DNA of 64,000 nucleotides. Source: Candidatus Omnitrophota bacterium (GTDB lineage: Bacteria; Omnitrophota; Gorgyraeia; 1-14-0-20-64-10). The position numbers were made by a program, and so were the translations under genes. The number at the start of each line of letters is the position of its first letter. The first letter of the stretch is position 1. The stretch spans positions 42,263 to 106,262 of the forward strand of contig JAHFFE010000002.1 of assembly GCA_023248155.1 (NCBI GenBank), written 5' to 3'. This document shows positions 55,255 to 64,000 of the stretch, piece after piece. The notes beneath the pieces were generated by a model. That model did no database searches. It worked only from the letters and a program-made list of their open reading frames with translations, and was not told the DNA's origin.

Positions 55255-58200
55255 ATGAAACACCAATCTAGTCACCCTATGGGGCCGCGAACCCCATTTT
55301 TATTTGGCCGTTTTTTGAGCGCTTTGCTAATCATTAGCATGGTGCTGACGATCCCGCATGCCTATGCCGACACTCTGCGCGTTTCCAACGCCGGTCAGGA
55401 AGAGAATCCAGTTCGCACCCTTCTGGAAACCGAATTATCCGCCGACCAGAAGGCGGATGCTGAAACTTCTCTTTCCATAAAACAAGCAGTCTCCGAGGAA
55501 GACGAAGACGAAAATGAGTTTGAATGGAGAATGCCGTTGCCGAAACAAGCGGGTGATTTCGAGCTGAACGAAGGTTTTCTGTCGGATGACCATCCGGCAG
55601 TTCGGGTTGTATCCGAGCGGCTGAACGCGCTTCTTCCTGATCTGAAACCGGATGAACGGCCTCAATTGCGGGTCCTGGCTTCCCGCGGCCAGGGGATCCA
55701 GGCCCTGATGTTTGAGGATGGCACCCTCGTGGTAAGCCCAGAATTGGTAGATGTGGTCGAATATGAAGAGGAGTTGGATTTTGTCCTCCTGCATGAAATC
55801 AACCACTGGCATCGAAAACATATTAAGCAAACGGAGCGACTTCTGGAAAGCGGAGGAATTCTCACTGCCGTAGTGCGCTCGTTGGGATTAGACAGGTACC
55901 AGGAGTATGAGTCGGATATGGCCGCTTTCTGGGGGTTGCTCGATCGCCGGCGCAGCGGGTTGGGGGCCGTGATTTTTATGGAACGTCTGGAAAAGGAACG
56001 CCTGGAGAAAAAGAGGATCATGGTGGATTGGGATCTCGCGCACGGGACAATGCGGGACCGGATCCTGAATATGAAGAGTTTGATCCCATTGGTGCATATG
56101 CAATATCTAGACGCACCCCTGCATCCGATGGACCCGTCGGTCCGGCAGTCGCTCTCCTCCCTTCCGATTGAAGGGTTAATGGATCGATTGATGAGGATTC
56201 CGAGCCGGCAATCCGGAGTTCAAGAAAAGCATCTGGAGGCGCTGGAGCCGGAAATCCGGGCCCTCTCTCCCGAACTTCGTCTTCAGTTTATCGGTTATGC
56301 GGTGGGCCTGATGGATCAAGCGTTTGCTCATGCGCTGACGGAAATGGAATTGAGAGTAATTAATCTTGACAGCGAGAGAAACGCGGCGGGCGATGTGATT
56401 TGGAGTAAGGAAGAATTGCGCCGTCTTTCTGAGGTGTCGGGTCGCGTGAACTATGCCCCGCGCGCTATACCGCGCTTTTTGCACTTATGGAATGAAACCG
56501 TTTCCGGGATGCTCTCTGGAGTTTCTCCTGAGGTAGCGATTTTCCTGAACCAGCTTCTTTACAAACTGAATATGGAAGGACGTCTTTATAACATCCTGGA
56601 GGATCAAACCTTTGAAGGCCTAAAAGAAGTTCTTCTATCGGAAACGGATGCGGAACGGGAATCGGTGGATGAAGAGCTTCTGCAGATCAAAAACCATCTC
56701 CTGGCACAACGGGAAAGCTATTTATCCGTTTTGGAATTGCCAAAATTGGAGAATGCTTTGGAGGTGTTGGAAAATCCGGTTTCAAGGGCGGAATGGGTGG
56801 ATCGGCTCGGAAGAATGTCCCGAATGGGAGCTGGAATCAACGCCGGTTTGTCGTTTATGGTGGAGCAGATCTCTTCCACTATGGCTCAGCGGCCCGGAAG
56901 AGATTTTCTTTCGGAAACGGGGGAGCTGCTGGCTGCGTTTCGTGACCTGATGAGCCGATCCGAAGTCCTGCGTCAGGAAACCGTGGTCCGGCATATGAAC
57001 CGGGTTTGGACCCAGCTTTTTATGAGACAGGCGGCGCTTCTGCATACCGAAGCAGCGGGCCTGGAAGAAGGGTTCCATAAGACGGTTGCGGAGGTGGCCC
57101 GGCGGCATGGTTTTCAGGAGGATGTCACCGGGATCAGAGAAGAGCTTAGAGTCCATCCGGAGATGAAACCCTGGGTTGGAAAATACTTTGATGCGTTTAC
57201 TCAGCAGGAGTCGCTGTTTCGACGGTTGGATCAGATTGAGGAAGACCTTTCAAAAATCGATGTAAAGGATCGAAAAGCCGCCTCCGCACCTTATCAAATC
57301 CTGTTGCTGGAGGCCGCGAATTTGCTCAACGGTGTTCCCGAGATTGTTCCTGTGGAAGGCGAACTACGGAAAAGAATCGATCGGGCTGAATTCAAGATCC
57401 GGTATTTGAACAGGGTGGTGGGGCTGCGGGTCAATTATAGAGATTTCACGCTCTGGGGACCAGAGCAAGCCCTGTTGCCCGATCCGATTTCGATGGATGA
57501 TCTGCGGTTTCTGGTTGGCTGGTGGGCTTCTGTGGCGGAGGACAGTCGGGAGTATCAGGAAGGGGTTAAGCTCCTCTCACAAAAGGAACAATGGATGGAT
57601 CATTGGAAGAAAGTGGCCAGAGTGGAGGAAGTGAATGCTTTGGCGGACACATTGACGAGTCCCAGTGAAGCGGCGCAATCCATAGGGACGGTCATCCACA
57701 GCGGTCTTGCCGGGTCCCAAATCCATTCCGAAGAAATCAGGAAGGTTTTTTACGATTTGGCGCAAGAAGTATTGGAGCGTGACATGGCCCAGGCAAAGAG
57801 CGAGGAGGTGTTTTTTGGTTTATTGGATGGTTACGCCCAGCGGTGGCCGGTTCGTCCTAATGCTGAGGTGGTACGAAAAGGGGTGCAGTTCCTGAACGCT
57901 TCGAAAAGCACCGATCAACCCCTGATTTGGCAGAGGAGATTACTGTTGAGTTTCTTTGCCTCCGACCCGCTCATTCGACGTCAATTGGGCGAGTATTCAG
58001 TGCTTCAAATCGTTCAATCAGAGAGGGTCTCCTTCGATGACGCCTACGCGCTTTTGTTCGAGCGCTACAAACCGCAGGGAACGGCCGGTGGGTTGAGGGC
58101 CCTGAGGGCTTTGCTGGATCGGGCACATACCTACCCGGAACTGGACCGGTTGAAAGAGGCCGGCGCCGATTTCCTGAAGTTCCTGCAAAGTTCTCTGCTG

Positions 58201-61200
58201 GCTGGTGGAGCGGTGCTCGCGGAAGGGGGTGTGGAGCATTGGCTCGACGTCGGGGACCGATCCCAGCTTTTTCGATCTTTGATGGCCAGCGGGCAGGACG
58301 ATTGGCTGCTGCGCCGGCAGGTGGCTTCTTATTGGACGGGAATTTACAGCGAAATAATTAACTCCATGCTTATGAACAATTTCGAGCGCGACCTGCGCTA
58401 TTGGGACGACGCAGACGAAATCGAGGACTGGAGCGGCAGGAGTCCGTCTATCTCTGTGAACCGTGTCAGCCCGTTTGAGCTGGCCATGGACCGGATTTAT
58501 ATGTTGGGGGATCCCGAACGCTACGCCATGCTTCGAAAGCTGCTGGCGGATGAGGATGGTATTTTGCGCAGGGCCCGCCATGACCTGTTGGATGCTTTCC
58601 TGAACCAGCACCTGGATTCCAGCGGAGAGGAGCGGGCGGCTGAAGTGGTTTCTGAGGTGCTGGGGACAGTTCTCAAGATCATGCCCGAAGACGATCTGTT
58701 TTTGCTGGTTGCCCCGTTGTTGATGGATCGGATTGGCAACCCGCCGGAATCTCCCGCGGAACCGGCTGAAGCAAGCGTGGAGACGGAAGATTGGAGCCGG
58801 CGGATTGCGCTGCGACTGGCAAGGAGTGCCGGGCTTAGGAAGGGTCAGCGCCAGAATTTTGTGGAGACGATGGCGCCGGCGCTTGAAAGAAAGTTTTCCT
58901 GGTTCTTGCGGGGACACGGTCCGGATGTGACGCCCGACCCTGGAGCGGAGCGGGATCTTTTCTCGGTGGTTCCGCCGGAGTTTTACCAGAACAGAACGCA
59001 TCCGATGAGTCCGCTGGAGATGACTCTCGAGACGGCCCGCCAGCTGGGAGCGCCGGGGGTGCGGTTCCTTCAGTTGGTGGGGCAGACGGTCCGGCTTCCT
59101 GAAGATTACCGGAAGCAATTTCTGACCGTTTACGACAATGTAGAGGGGCAGTCTTTGCTGTCCGTCGCCGAAACGATCCGGAATCTTCTTCCAGAGTATG
59201 CCGGGCGGATTCAGCGGTTTGTGCGCCGTCTTGGAGGAGGCTCGATCTACACGGTATGGGAAGTAGAGGTCGTGGCCACCGAGGAGGAATATCCGGGCCG
59301 CGCCGGGGAGCTGGTCCGTGAGGCGGTGCGGGTTGTCAATCCGAACGCGCTGTATCGCTCGCGCAAATCGGTGCAGGTGATCCGGGACGCGCTGACCCAG
59401 CTGGCTCAAGAACAGCCGCAATCCGGCTATGCGCTGGCGCTTCCCATGGTGGATCTTCTGGAGGAGTGGATCGCGAAAGAGCTGGAGGACACTTCTTTTG
59501 AAGCCGATGATCAAGAGTTCCGGAGCCGCTGGAACGGCTGGGCCCCCGAAGGATTCCAGAAAACGGTAGTGGTCCCGCGAACCCTGCCCACTGGCATTCC
59601 GGAGATCCGACGGGCGGAGTTCCTGCCCGGGGAGAGCTTCACGTCCCTGGATTCGCTGGAGAACGCAGAACAGAGAGAGCTGGTTGCGTTGGCCAGTCAT
59701 TTTTATTTTCAACAGGTGGTGGATTCGGTTCAGCAAGTTTTGTCCGGGCAGAGAGAGGAGACCCTGATCCTCTCCGATATTTCTGTTGGGAATTTTCTGA
59801 GGACTTCCGAGGGACATCTGGGGGATCTGGACCGAGGGATGTTCTTGAAGTTTAATCGGACGGAGGCCGGGGTTCTCATGAATTTCAGCTTTGCCGCCAC
59901 GGTCCAACAACGGGCCGAGGTGTTGATCTCGCATCTCTGGACGCTGGACCTGAACCAGGCATCCTCCGAAGACCTTGCCCAGCGGGGGGTGAGCCCGGCC
60001 TCCATGGCGGCGGAGATTGCGGGCGGATTGGACCCTGTCGGCTCCATGGAGAAAACGGCTTTGGATGTAATTTTGGGCATTCAAAACCGTGGGTTGCGTG
60101 TTCCATTGCAGTTCCAGTTATTGTTCAAGAATTTCAATGCTTTAAGAGAGATCGCTGACGGGGAGATGAGCCCGCAGGCCCGTTTCGGTTCTTTGGAAGC
60201 GGCTCTGCAGTATCTCCCCACCGCTGGCCAGGAAGAAAACGGAACTGATCAGCTGGTGAATGGTGCGCGCGGCCAGCTGATTCTTTACCATCGGTTTAGA
60301 GCCGCCGCTACCACCTCGGAAGCGCTTAAACAATATGGTTTATACGAAGCAGCTAGGATCAAACCCCGGTTAGAAAAAATTCTTTCTTCCGCTGCGCTAG
60401 GAGGACTTAAGTATGCGGTCATTAATTTAATGGAACATGGAAATGGCGGCGACCTGGAAATTTTCTTAACCCAGCCCGATGCCGACGGCATCTCTCGCGT
60501 GACGGTCCGTCTGGCCGATGATGGCCCCGGGATTGCGGATCCTCGTGAATTGCTGGCACGAAGCATCGAGGCGCATTCCGGCGTGCGGGCAAGTCGGTAT
60601 GAAGAACCGCGCGGATACGGCTGGAAAAATATCGCCGCCCCGTCCGCTGAAATGACAGTCGAGTCGGGCCATGTGAAATGGCGACTTTTCAAAGAGGCAA
60701 ATAATCTTCGTTTTAAATTGGACGAGGAACCCTCCGATGTGAGTAAAGGCACTGTGATTACTGTGGTTTACGAATCCACCGCTGCCGGGCAGGAAGAAAC
60801 AACATGGAAGGGGCCGACCGATCCGGTTGATGCGGTAACCCGGTTGGTGAACGCATTGATCGCGCAGGGATATAAAGGAGAACAGAGGCTTACTTTAGAC
60901 CGGACATCAACACTGCTCAAGCGATCGCCAACACAGCAAGCGCTTTCTTTGAATCCGGGGCTGGTTGCCGAGATGAACAGCCTCTTGAAAAGAGTGGCTG
61001 CAGTAAAAGAACCACGGATGAAATTATTGAAACCGGTTTGGACAAAGTTCCACGGATCAGAATTAGCAGTCGTCATTATTCAAAAAGGACCCGTTCCGGT
61101 TCGCACCGATCCCGTTGAAGTGGTATCCCGCTTGGTGGATGCATTGATTGCGCAGCAGGCCAGCGGAGAACGGCAGCTTGCTTTAAAACAGACAGTACGG

Positions 61201-64000
61201 CTTTTGAATGGGGTACCCAGCCAAGCGACTCTGTCCAGGAATTCAAAGGTTCTCACTCGTATAAATGAACTGTTAGAAATTGTGGCAGCGGATGAACAAC
61301 CTTCCGAGCCGCAGTTGATACCGGCTTGGGAGAAGTTCCATGCATCGCGGCTGAAATCGGTGGTCATCGCGAAAGAAGTGCGCACTGCCGGCCAGGAGGA
61401 GAGTATCTGGGAGGATATTTCGCAGGCATTTGGAATTTCAAAGGATTCGCTTCTGGAGCGCTTATCGGAGCGGGATAGAAATCAGCTAAGAAGGGCAACC
61501 GATATCACTGCTCCTAAAATGATTGTTCTTTACGCGCGGATTTTTGGTGTATCGATCCCGGCGCTTCAGCAAACGCAGCTGGCGCAAAGAATCGTAGCCG
61601 CTCGAATTGTTACAGAAAAGCCCATGCCGGCAAGAGTTCGGAGGGCCTACGACTCTTTGGAGCGAAGCCTGCTTGATTCCGATATTGATAGCGGAGTCCG
61701 GCAAATGGCGCAGAATGTCCGCGAAGAATTGGCAGAACTCTCTTCGGAAGATCCAGCCGTCCGGACGCTGAGGCAGCTGGTTCAGCCGAAGGATTATTCA
61801 CAACAGCAGGAAACTATTTTGGAAAGAGCGGCTCGATGGGTGGCGGGGGCTCTGGACCCTGAATCTCAGAATATAGATGAAACCGTCGCCGATCTTCGGG
61901 CCATTACGTCATCTCACTCCATAGAACAGATGGCCAAAGTCCTTAAGGCGGATCAGGCGTTCTCATTGGGTGAGCCCTGGCGGCTGAAGGCTCTGTTGAG
62001 AAGCCTGCTTCAAACAGACAGCTTCTTTTTTCCGGCTCGGTTTTCAGGCGGCAGAATAGTTCCCCTGCTGGTTGTTGTTGATTCCGACAGTGCGTATCCA
62101 TTGCCGCGGTTTGCCGGCAATGCCGCCCATGAATACGCCCATGCTCTGTTGATCCGCCGTCCGTTTTGGAAGGAACAGGTCACGGGAACTTCGATGGCGG
62201 ATTGGATTACCCAAGCCGTAGAATTACTTGCTGCGGATCGAATCGCTTTGGAAAACAGCGAGAATCCGGACCCCTATTTGTCTGTCTTGTATCGTGAGGG
62301 AGAGCGACTTGCCTTGCAGGGGTCTTCCTCGGAATGGGAGTCAATGCTGAGAGAATTAGATCAATTCCCTGATTCAAAGCGCTGGTACTTGCAAGGTGTT
62401 TTCATTGGCGGGTTGGCCAAAGGACTTGGAAAGCGGGCGGCCGATCAAACAGCGCGGTCGGCGGAACCGTTCGCAGCGCATGAACTGGGACTCCGTTTTA
62501 TTTCCTCTTTGGCGGATGCGATTGCTGAATCCGGCGGGCGTTCTCCGATCGAGGTCTTGATTAAAACGGCACAAGGTTTCCCGGAGATCGCTCCCGCCGG
62601 CCAGGAAGAGCGACAAGTTCTTCGATTCTATCCGGACCAGGGCGGAGCAAAAATAATTGCAGAACAAGGAACAAGTTGGACACCACTCTCCCCGGTTTCT
62701 CCTCAACGATTGATTTTACCCAACGATCCAGGCTGGCGTCTTGCCGTCGAAGAGCCCCGGCTTCGACAGCTGGCGGAATTTCTGTTCCAGCAATTCCAAA
62801 CTAATATTGCCCAGGGATATCCGCTTCAAACGGGGGATAGAAATATCGTAGAAGCCATTCGAGCTGTTTATCCCATTCCTGGTTTAGAACCATACGAAGG
62901 AATGCTTACTCAGAGTAATTTCATGAATCTGATTGATCTGCTGGACAGAGGGCTGTTTCTTCGGGCTGGCGCGTCCATTCAATTATTCGCAGGCGGAAAG
63001 ATTGCTGCTTACATTACGCTGGATCTTCCGTGGCAAGAAATTTCATATCTGGGCGGGCGTGCCAGCACGTGGCTTGTCTCCACGAAACTTCAAATCGATC
63101 AAAGAGATCCGTACTCGTTCATTTACGGGTCTAGCTTCATGAACCTGAGCCTGTACGATCCCGCGGTTGGCCAGCAAGCGATGGAGTTCCAGTATCAGGA
63201 ATTTTTATCTAAGGGAAAAAGCCGAGGTGTTCCACCGGCGGCTCTCCAGCTGATGCAGCAGCTTCATGACCGTGATCCGGTAATATATCAGCGGTTATTT
63301 GGTGTTGACAGCTCGAAACAAGAGGAAATTAACCACGCGCGTGATTTTGTCTGGGCTGCCTATTTCTATCCGATTGTTGTTGACGCTAAAGAAGGGGCGA
63401 CGCAGCCCTTTGTCGCGGAAGCGGTCATTCGACCCGATTCCTTTTTGGACCGGACGGTCTGGAATCGTTCCAAGCGAAGAGCTTCAGACCTTGTATTCTC
63501 TGCTCGAAATATTGTAGAACTCTCCGGGCAGACGCAGGGATTGGTCGATACACTGCAGGCATTAAGAGATAATCAGGGGGAAGATTGGGCGTACGGTTAT
63601 TTCTGGCTCTATCTGTTCCAAAAAACGGAGGAAAGGTTGCATCGGCCCGGAACGGTTGCCGCGGGGCATGATCGGACAGCGGCAGAATCAGTTTTTGATT
63701 TTTTGAAGGGGGAAGGGTTCGCCGATCTTCAGCAGATAGAAGATCATCTGCGGATGGTGCCCAACGCTCACGGATCCAGAGCGCTGGGAATTGCCCAACG
63801 GCTCCATGATGAAAATTTTCTGACCGAAGCCGAACGCGTCGCTATTCTGGAAAAAAGTGAACGAGGAGAACTGGTTTCCCTGGGTGTTCGCCAGACCGCC
63901 GCCGGCCAGGAAGAAAATGCAGTGCAAGCAATTACCGCCGACGAAATCCGCGCGCGGTTTGCCGATATTTCGGTGCAGGATGGGGAAACCGGATATTTGG
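55255..64000 (+). CDS. Giant secreted multidomain protein; at least 2915 aa within the window and continuing past the right edge
   Basis: Manual frame-1 translation from ATG 55255 to 64000 shows no stop; frame confirmed against the +1-offset track ORFs at 56648 and 57707. N-terminal signal peptide (MKHQSSHPMGPRTPFLFGRFLSALLIISMVLTIPHAYA|D). HEINH at about 55792 and HEYAH at about 62128. GHKL-like motif block (DDGPGI…GYGW) at about 60520-60620. Two ~96-aa tandem repeats at 60784-61402. Recurring AGQEE motif. Absent from the track because it has no stop; track ORFs on the minus strand here (e.g. 58018..60084) are antisense artefacts. Confidence 0.8.
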   Translation, partial: MKHQSSHPMGPRTPFLFGRFLSALLIISMVLTIPHAYADTLRVSNAGQEENPVRTLLETELSADQKADAETSLSIKQAVSEEDEDENEFEWRMPLPKQAGDFELNEGFLSDDHPAVRVVSERLNALLPDLKPDERPQLRVLASRGQGIQALMFEDGTLVVSPELVDVVEYEEELDFVLLHEINHWHRKHIKQTERLLESGGILTAVVRSLGLDRYQEYESDMAAFWGLLDRRRSGLGAVIFMERLEKERLEKKRIMVDWDLAHGTMRDRILNMKSLIPLVHMQYLDAPLHPMDPSVRQSLSSLPIEGLMDRLMRIPSRQSGVQEKHLEALEPEIRALSPELRLQFIGYAVGLMDQAFAHALTEMELRVINLDSERNAAGDVIWSKEELRRLSEVSGRVNYAPRAIPRFLHLWNETVSGMLSGVSPEVAIFLNQLLYKLNMEGRLYNILEDQTFEGLKEVLLSETDAERESVDEELLQIKNHLLAQRESYLSVLELPKLENALEVLENPVSRAEWVDRLGRMSRMGAGINAGLSFMVEQISSTMAQRPGRDFLSETGELLAAFRDLMSRSEVLRQETVVRHMNRVWTQLFMRQAALLHTEAAGLEEGFHKTVAEVARRHGFQEDVTGIREELRVHPEMKPWVGKYFDAFTQQESLFRRLDQIEEDLSKIDVKDRKAASAPYQILLLEAANLLNGVPEIVPVEGELRKRIDRAEFKIRYLNRVVGLRVNYRDFTLWGPEQALLPDPISMDDLRFLVGWWASVAEDSREYQEGVKLLSQKEQWMDHWKKVARVEEVNALADTLTSPSEAAQSIGTVIHSGLAGSQIHSEEIRKVFYDLAQEVLERDMAQAKSEEVFFGLLDGYAQRWPVRPNAEVVRKGVQFLNASKSTDQPLIWQRRLLLSFFASDPLIRRQLGEYSVLQIVQSERVSFDDAYALLFERYKPQGTAGGLRALRALLDRAHTYPELDRLKEAGADFLKFLQSSLLAGGAVLAEGGVEHWLDVGDRSQLFRSLMASGQDDWLLRRQVASYWTGIYSEIINSMLMNNFERDLRYWDDADEIEDWSGRSPSISVNRVSPFELAMDRIYMLGDPERYAMLRKLLADEDGILRRARHDLLDAFLNQHLDSSGEERAAEVVSEVLGTVLKIMPEDDLFLLVAPLLMDRIGNPPESPAEPAEASVETEDWSRRIALRLARSAGLRKGQRQNFVETMAPALERKFSWFLRGHGPDVTPDPGAERDLFSVVPPEFYQNRTHPMSPLEMTLETARQLGAPGVRFLQLVGQTVRLPEDYRKQFLTVYDNVEGQSLLSVAETIRNLLPEYAGRIQRFVRRLGGGSIYTVWEVEVVATEEEYPGRAGELVREAVRVVNPNALYRSRKSVQVIRDALTQLAQEQPQSGYALALPMVDLLEEWIAKELEDTSFEADDQEFRSRWNGWAPEGFQKTVVVPRTLPTGIPEIRRAEFLPGESFTSLDSLENAEQRELVALASHFYFQQVVDSVQQVLSGQREETLILSDISVGNFLRTSEGHLGDLDRGMFLKFNRTEAGVLMNFSFAATVQQRAEVLISHLWTLDLNQASSEDLAQRGVSPASMAAEIAGGLDPVGSMEKTALDVILGIQNRGLRVPLQFQLLFKNFNALREIADGEMSPQARFGSLEAALQYLPTAGQEENGTDQLVNGARGQLILYHRFRAAATTSEALKQYGLYEAARIKPRLEKILSSAALGGLKYAVINLMEHGNGGDLEIFLTQPDADGISRVTVRLADDGPGIADPRELLARSIEAHSGVRASRYEEPRGYGWKNIAAPSAEMTVESGHVKWRLFKEANNLRFKLDEEPSDVSKGTVITVVYESTAAGQEETTWKGPTDPVDAVTRLVNALIAQGYKGEQRLTLDRTSTLLKRSPTQQALSLNPGLVAEMNSLLKRVAAVKEPRMKLLKPVWTKFHGSELAVVIIQKGPVPVRTDPVEVVSRLVDALIAQQASGERQLALKQTVRLLNGVPSQATLSRNSKVLTRINELLEIVAADEQPSEPQLIPAWEKFHASRLKSVVIAKEVRTAGQEESIWEDISQAFGISKDSLLERLSERDRNQLRRATDITAPKMIVLYARIFGVSIPALQQTQLAQRIVAARIVTEKPMPARVRRAYDSLERSLLDSDIDSGVRQMAQNVREELAELSSEDPAVRTLRQLVQPKDYSQQQETILERAARWVAGALDPESQNIDETVADLRAITSSHSIEQMAKVLKADQAFSLGEPWRLKALLRSLLQTDSFFFPARFSGGRIVPLLVVVDSDSAYPLPRFAGNAAHEYAHALLIRRPFWKEQVTGTSMADWITQAVELLAADRIALENSENPDPYLSVLYREGERLALQGSSSEWESMLRELDQFPDSKRWYLQGVFIGGLAKGLGKRAADQTARSAEPFAAHELGLRFISSLADAIAESGGRSPIEVLIKTAQGFPEIAPAGQEERQVLRFYPDQGGAKIIAEQGTSWTPLSPVSPQRLILPNDPGWRLAVEEPRLRQLAEFLFQQFQTNIAQGYPLQTGDRNIVEAIRAVYPIPGLEPYEGMLTQSNFMNLIDLLDRGLFLRAGASIQLFAGGKIAAYITLDLPWQEISYLGGRASTWLVSTKLQIDQRDPYSFIYGSSFMNLSLYDPAVGQQAMEFQYQEFLSKGKSRGVPPAALQLMQQLHDRDPVIYQRLFGVDSSKQEEINHARDFVWAAYFYPIVVDAKEGATQPFVAEAVIRPDSFLDRTVWNRSKRRASDLVFSARNIVELSGQTQGLVDTLQALRDNQGEDWAYGYFWLYLFQKTEERLHRPGTVAAGHDRTAAESVFDFLKGEGFADLQQIEDHLRMVPNAHGSRALGIAQRLHDENFLTEAERVAILEKSERGELVSLGVRQTAAGQEENAVQAITADEIRARFADISVQDGETGYL
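60784..61402 (+). repeat. Tandem ~288-nt (about 96-aa) intragenic repeat inside the giant gene
   Basis: Unit 1 …TDPVDAVTRLVNALIAQGYKGEQRLTL…WTKFHGSELAVVII…; unit 2 …TDPVEVVSRLVDALIAQQASGERQLAL…WEKFHASRLKSVVI…. Each unit is bounded by A-G-Q-E-E (gccgg(g/c)caggaagaa). Confidence 0.7.

Noticed and set aside
58018-60084. 688-aa minus-strand ORF, and the 155-, 116-, 102- and 101-aa minus ORFs at 60-61 kb
   Set aside because: They lie antisense to the continuous plus-strand giant ORF. The products are Arg/Pro/Gln-rich and low-complexity, typical of the stop-depleted opposite strand of a GAA/GAG/CTG-rich gene.

Overview
High-GC bacterial chromosomal window, roughly 60% GC by eye, densely packed with housekeeping and envelope genes. 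Identifiable housekeeping genes include metH (cut by the left edge), greA, accA, cobO, leuS, class II nrdJ and a YyaL-type thioredoxin-fold protein. Two tRNA genes, Leu(CAA) and Ala(GGC), lie on the minus strand.

Four regions stand out.

(1) 44.0-48.9 kb holds a self-contained ECF sigma/anti-sigma regulon. Three copies of a GGAAC-N17-GTCT promoter drive: the sigma/anti-sigma pair; a 69-aa signal-peptide/lipobox peptide ending in ...YECRACGMG; a DUF692 (MNIO, MbnB/TglH/BufB-like) enzyme with a 70-aa truncated DUF2063-like partner; and a 639-aa secreted, C-terminally anchored protein. I interpret this as a bufferin-like RiPP locus with an atypical precursor and a minimal partner protein. It is my top candidate for a new system.

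(2) A giant open reading frame starts at 55255 and runs off the right edge. It is at least 2915 codons long, has a signal peptide, and sits behind its own sigma70-like promoter. Its GC content is visibly lower than its neighbours'. It carries two HExxH motifs, a GHKL-ATPase-like motif block, tandem ~96-aa repeats and a recurring AGQEE boundary motif. The supplied ORF track does not list it because it has no stop codon inside the window. The same blind spot hides metH at the left edge.

(3) 23.3-36.1 kb is a type IV pilus / T2SS-hybrid cluster: GspE/PilB, GspF/PilC, a GspG-like pilin, three minor pseudopilins (one with a discoidin domain), a PilM-PilN fusion, and PilO and PilP homologues. Three two-component modules are interleaved with these genes. 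A transglutaminase-like protease sits where a secretin would be expected. A separate PilZ-PilT fusion lies at 40.5 kb.

(4) A ~137-nt element with 15-bp terminal inverted repeats occurs twice, at 20.17 kb and 51.87 kb. A promoter-to-terminator small transcript lies at 20.5 kb.

Other notable genes are a murein-peptide recycling trio (NlpC/P60, dipeptide epimerase, M15 carboxypeptidase), a LemA-DUF2207 pair, a glycine-rich tail-fibre-like secreted protein and two Cys-containing micro-proteins. I found no CRISPR array, rRNA, transposase or integrase.
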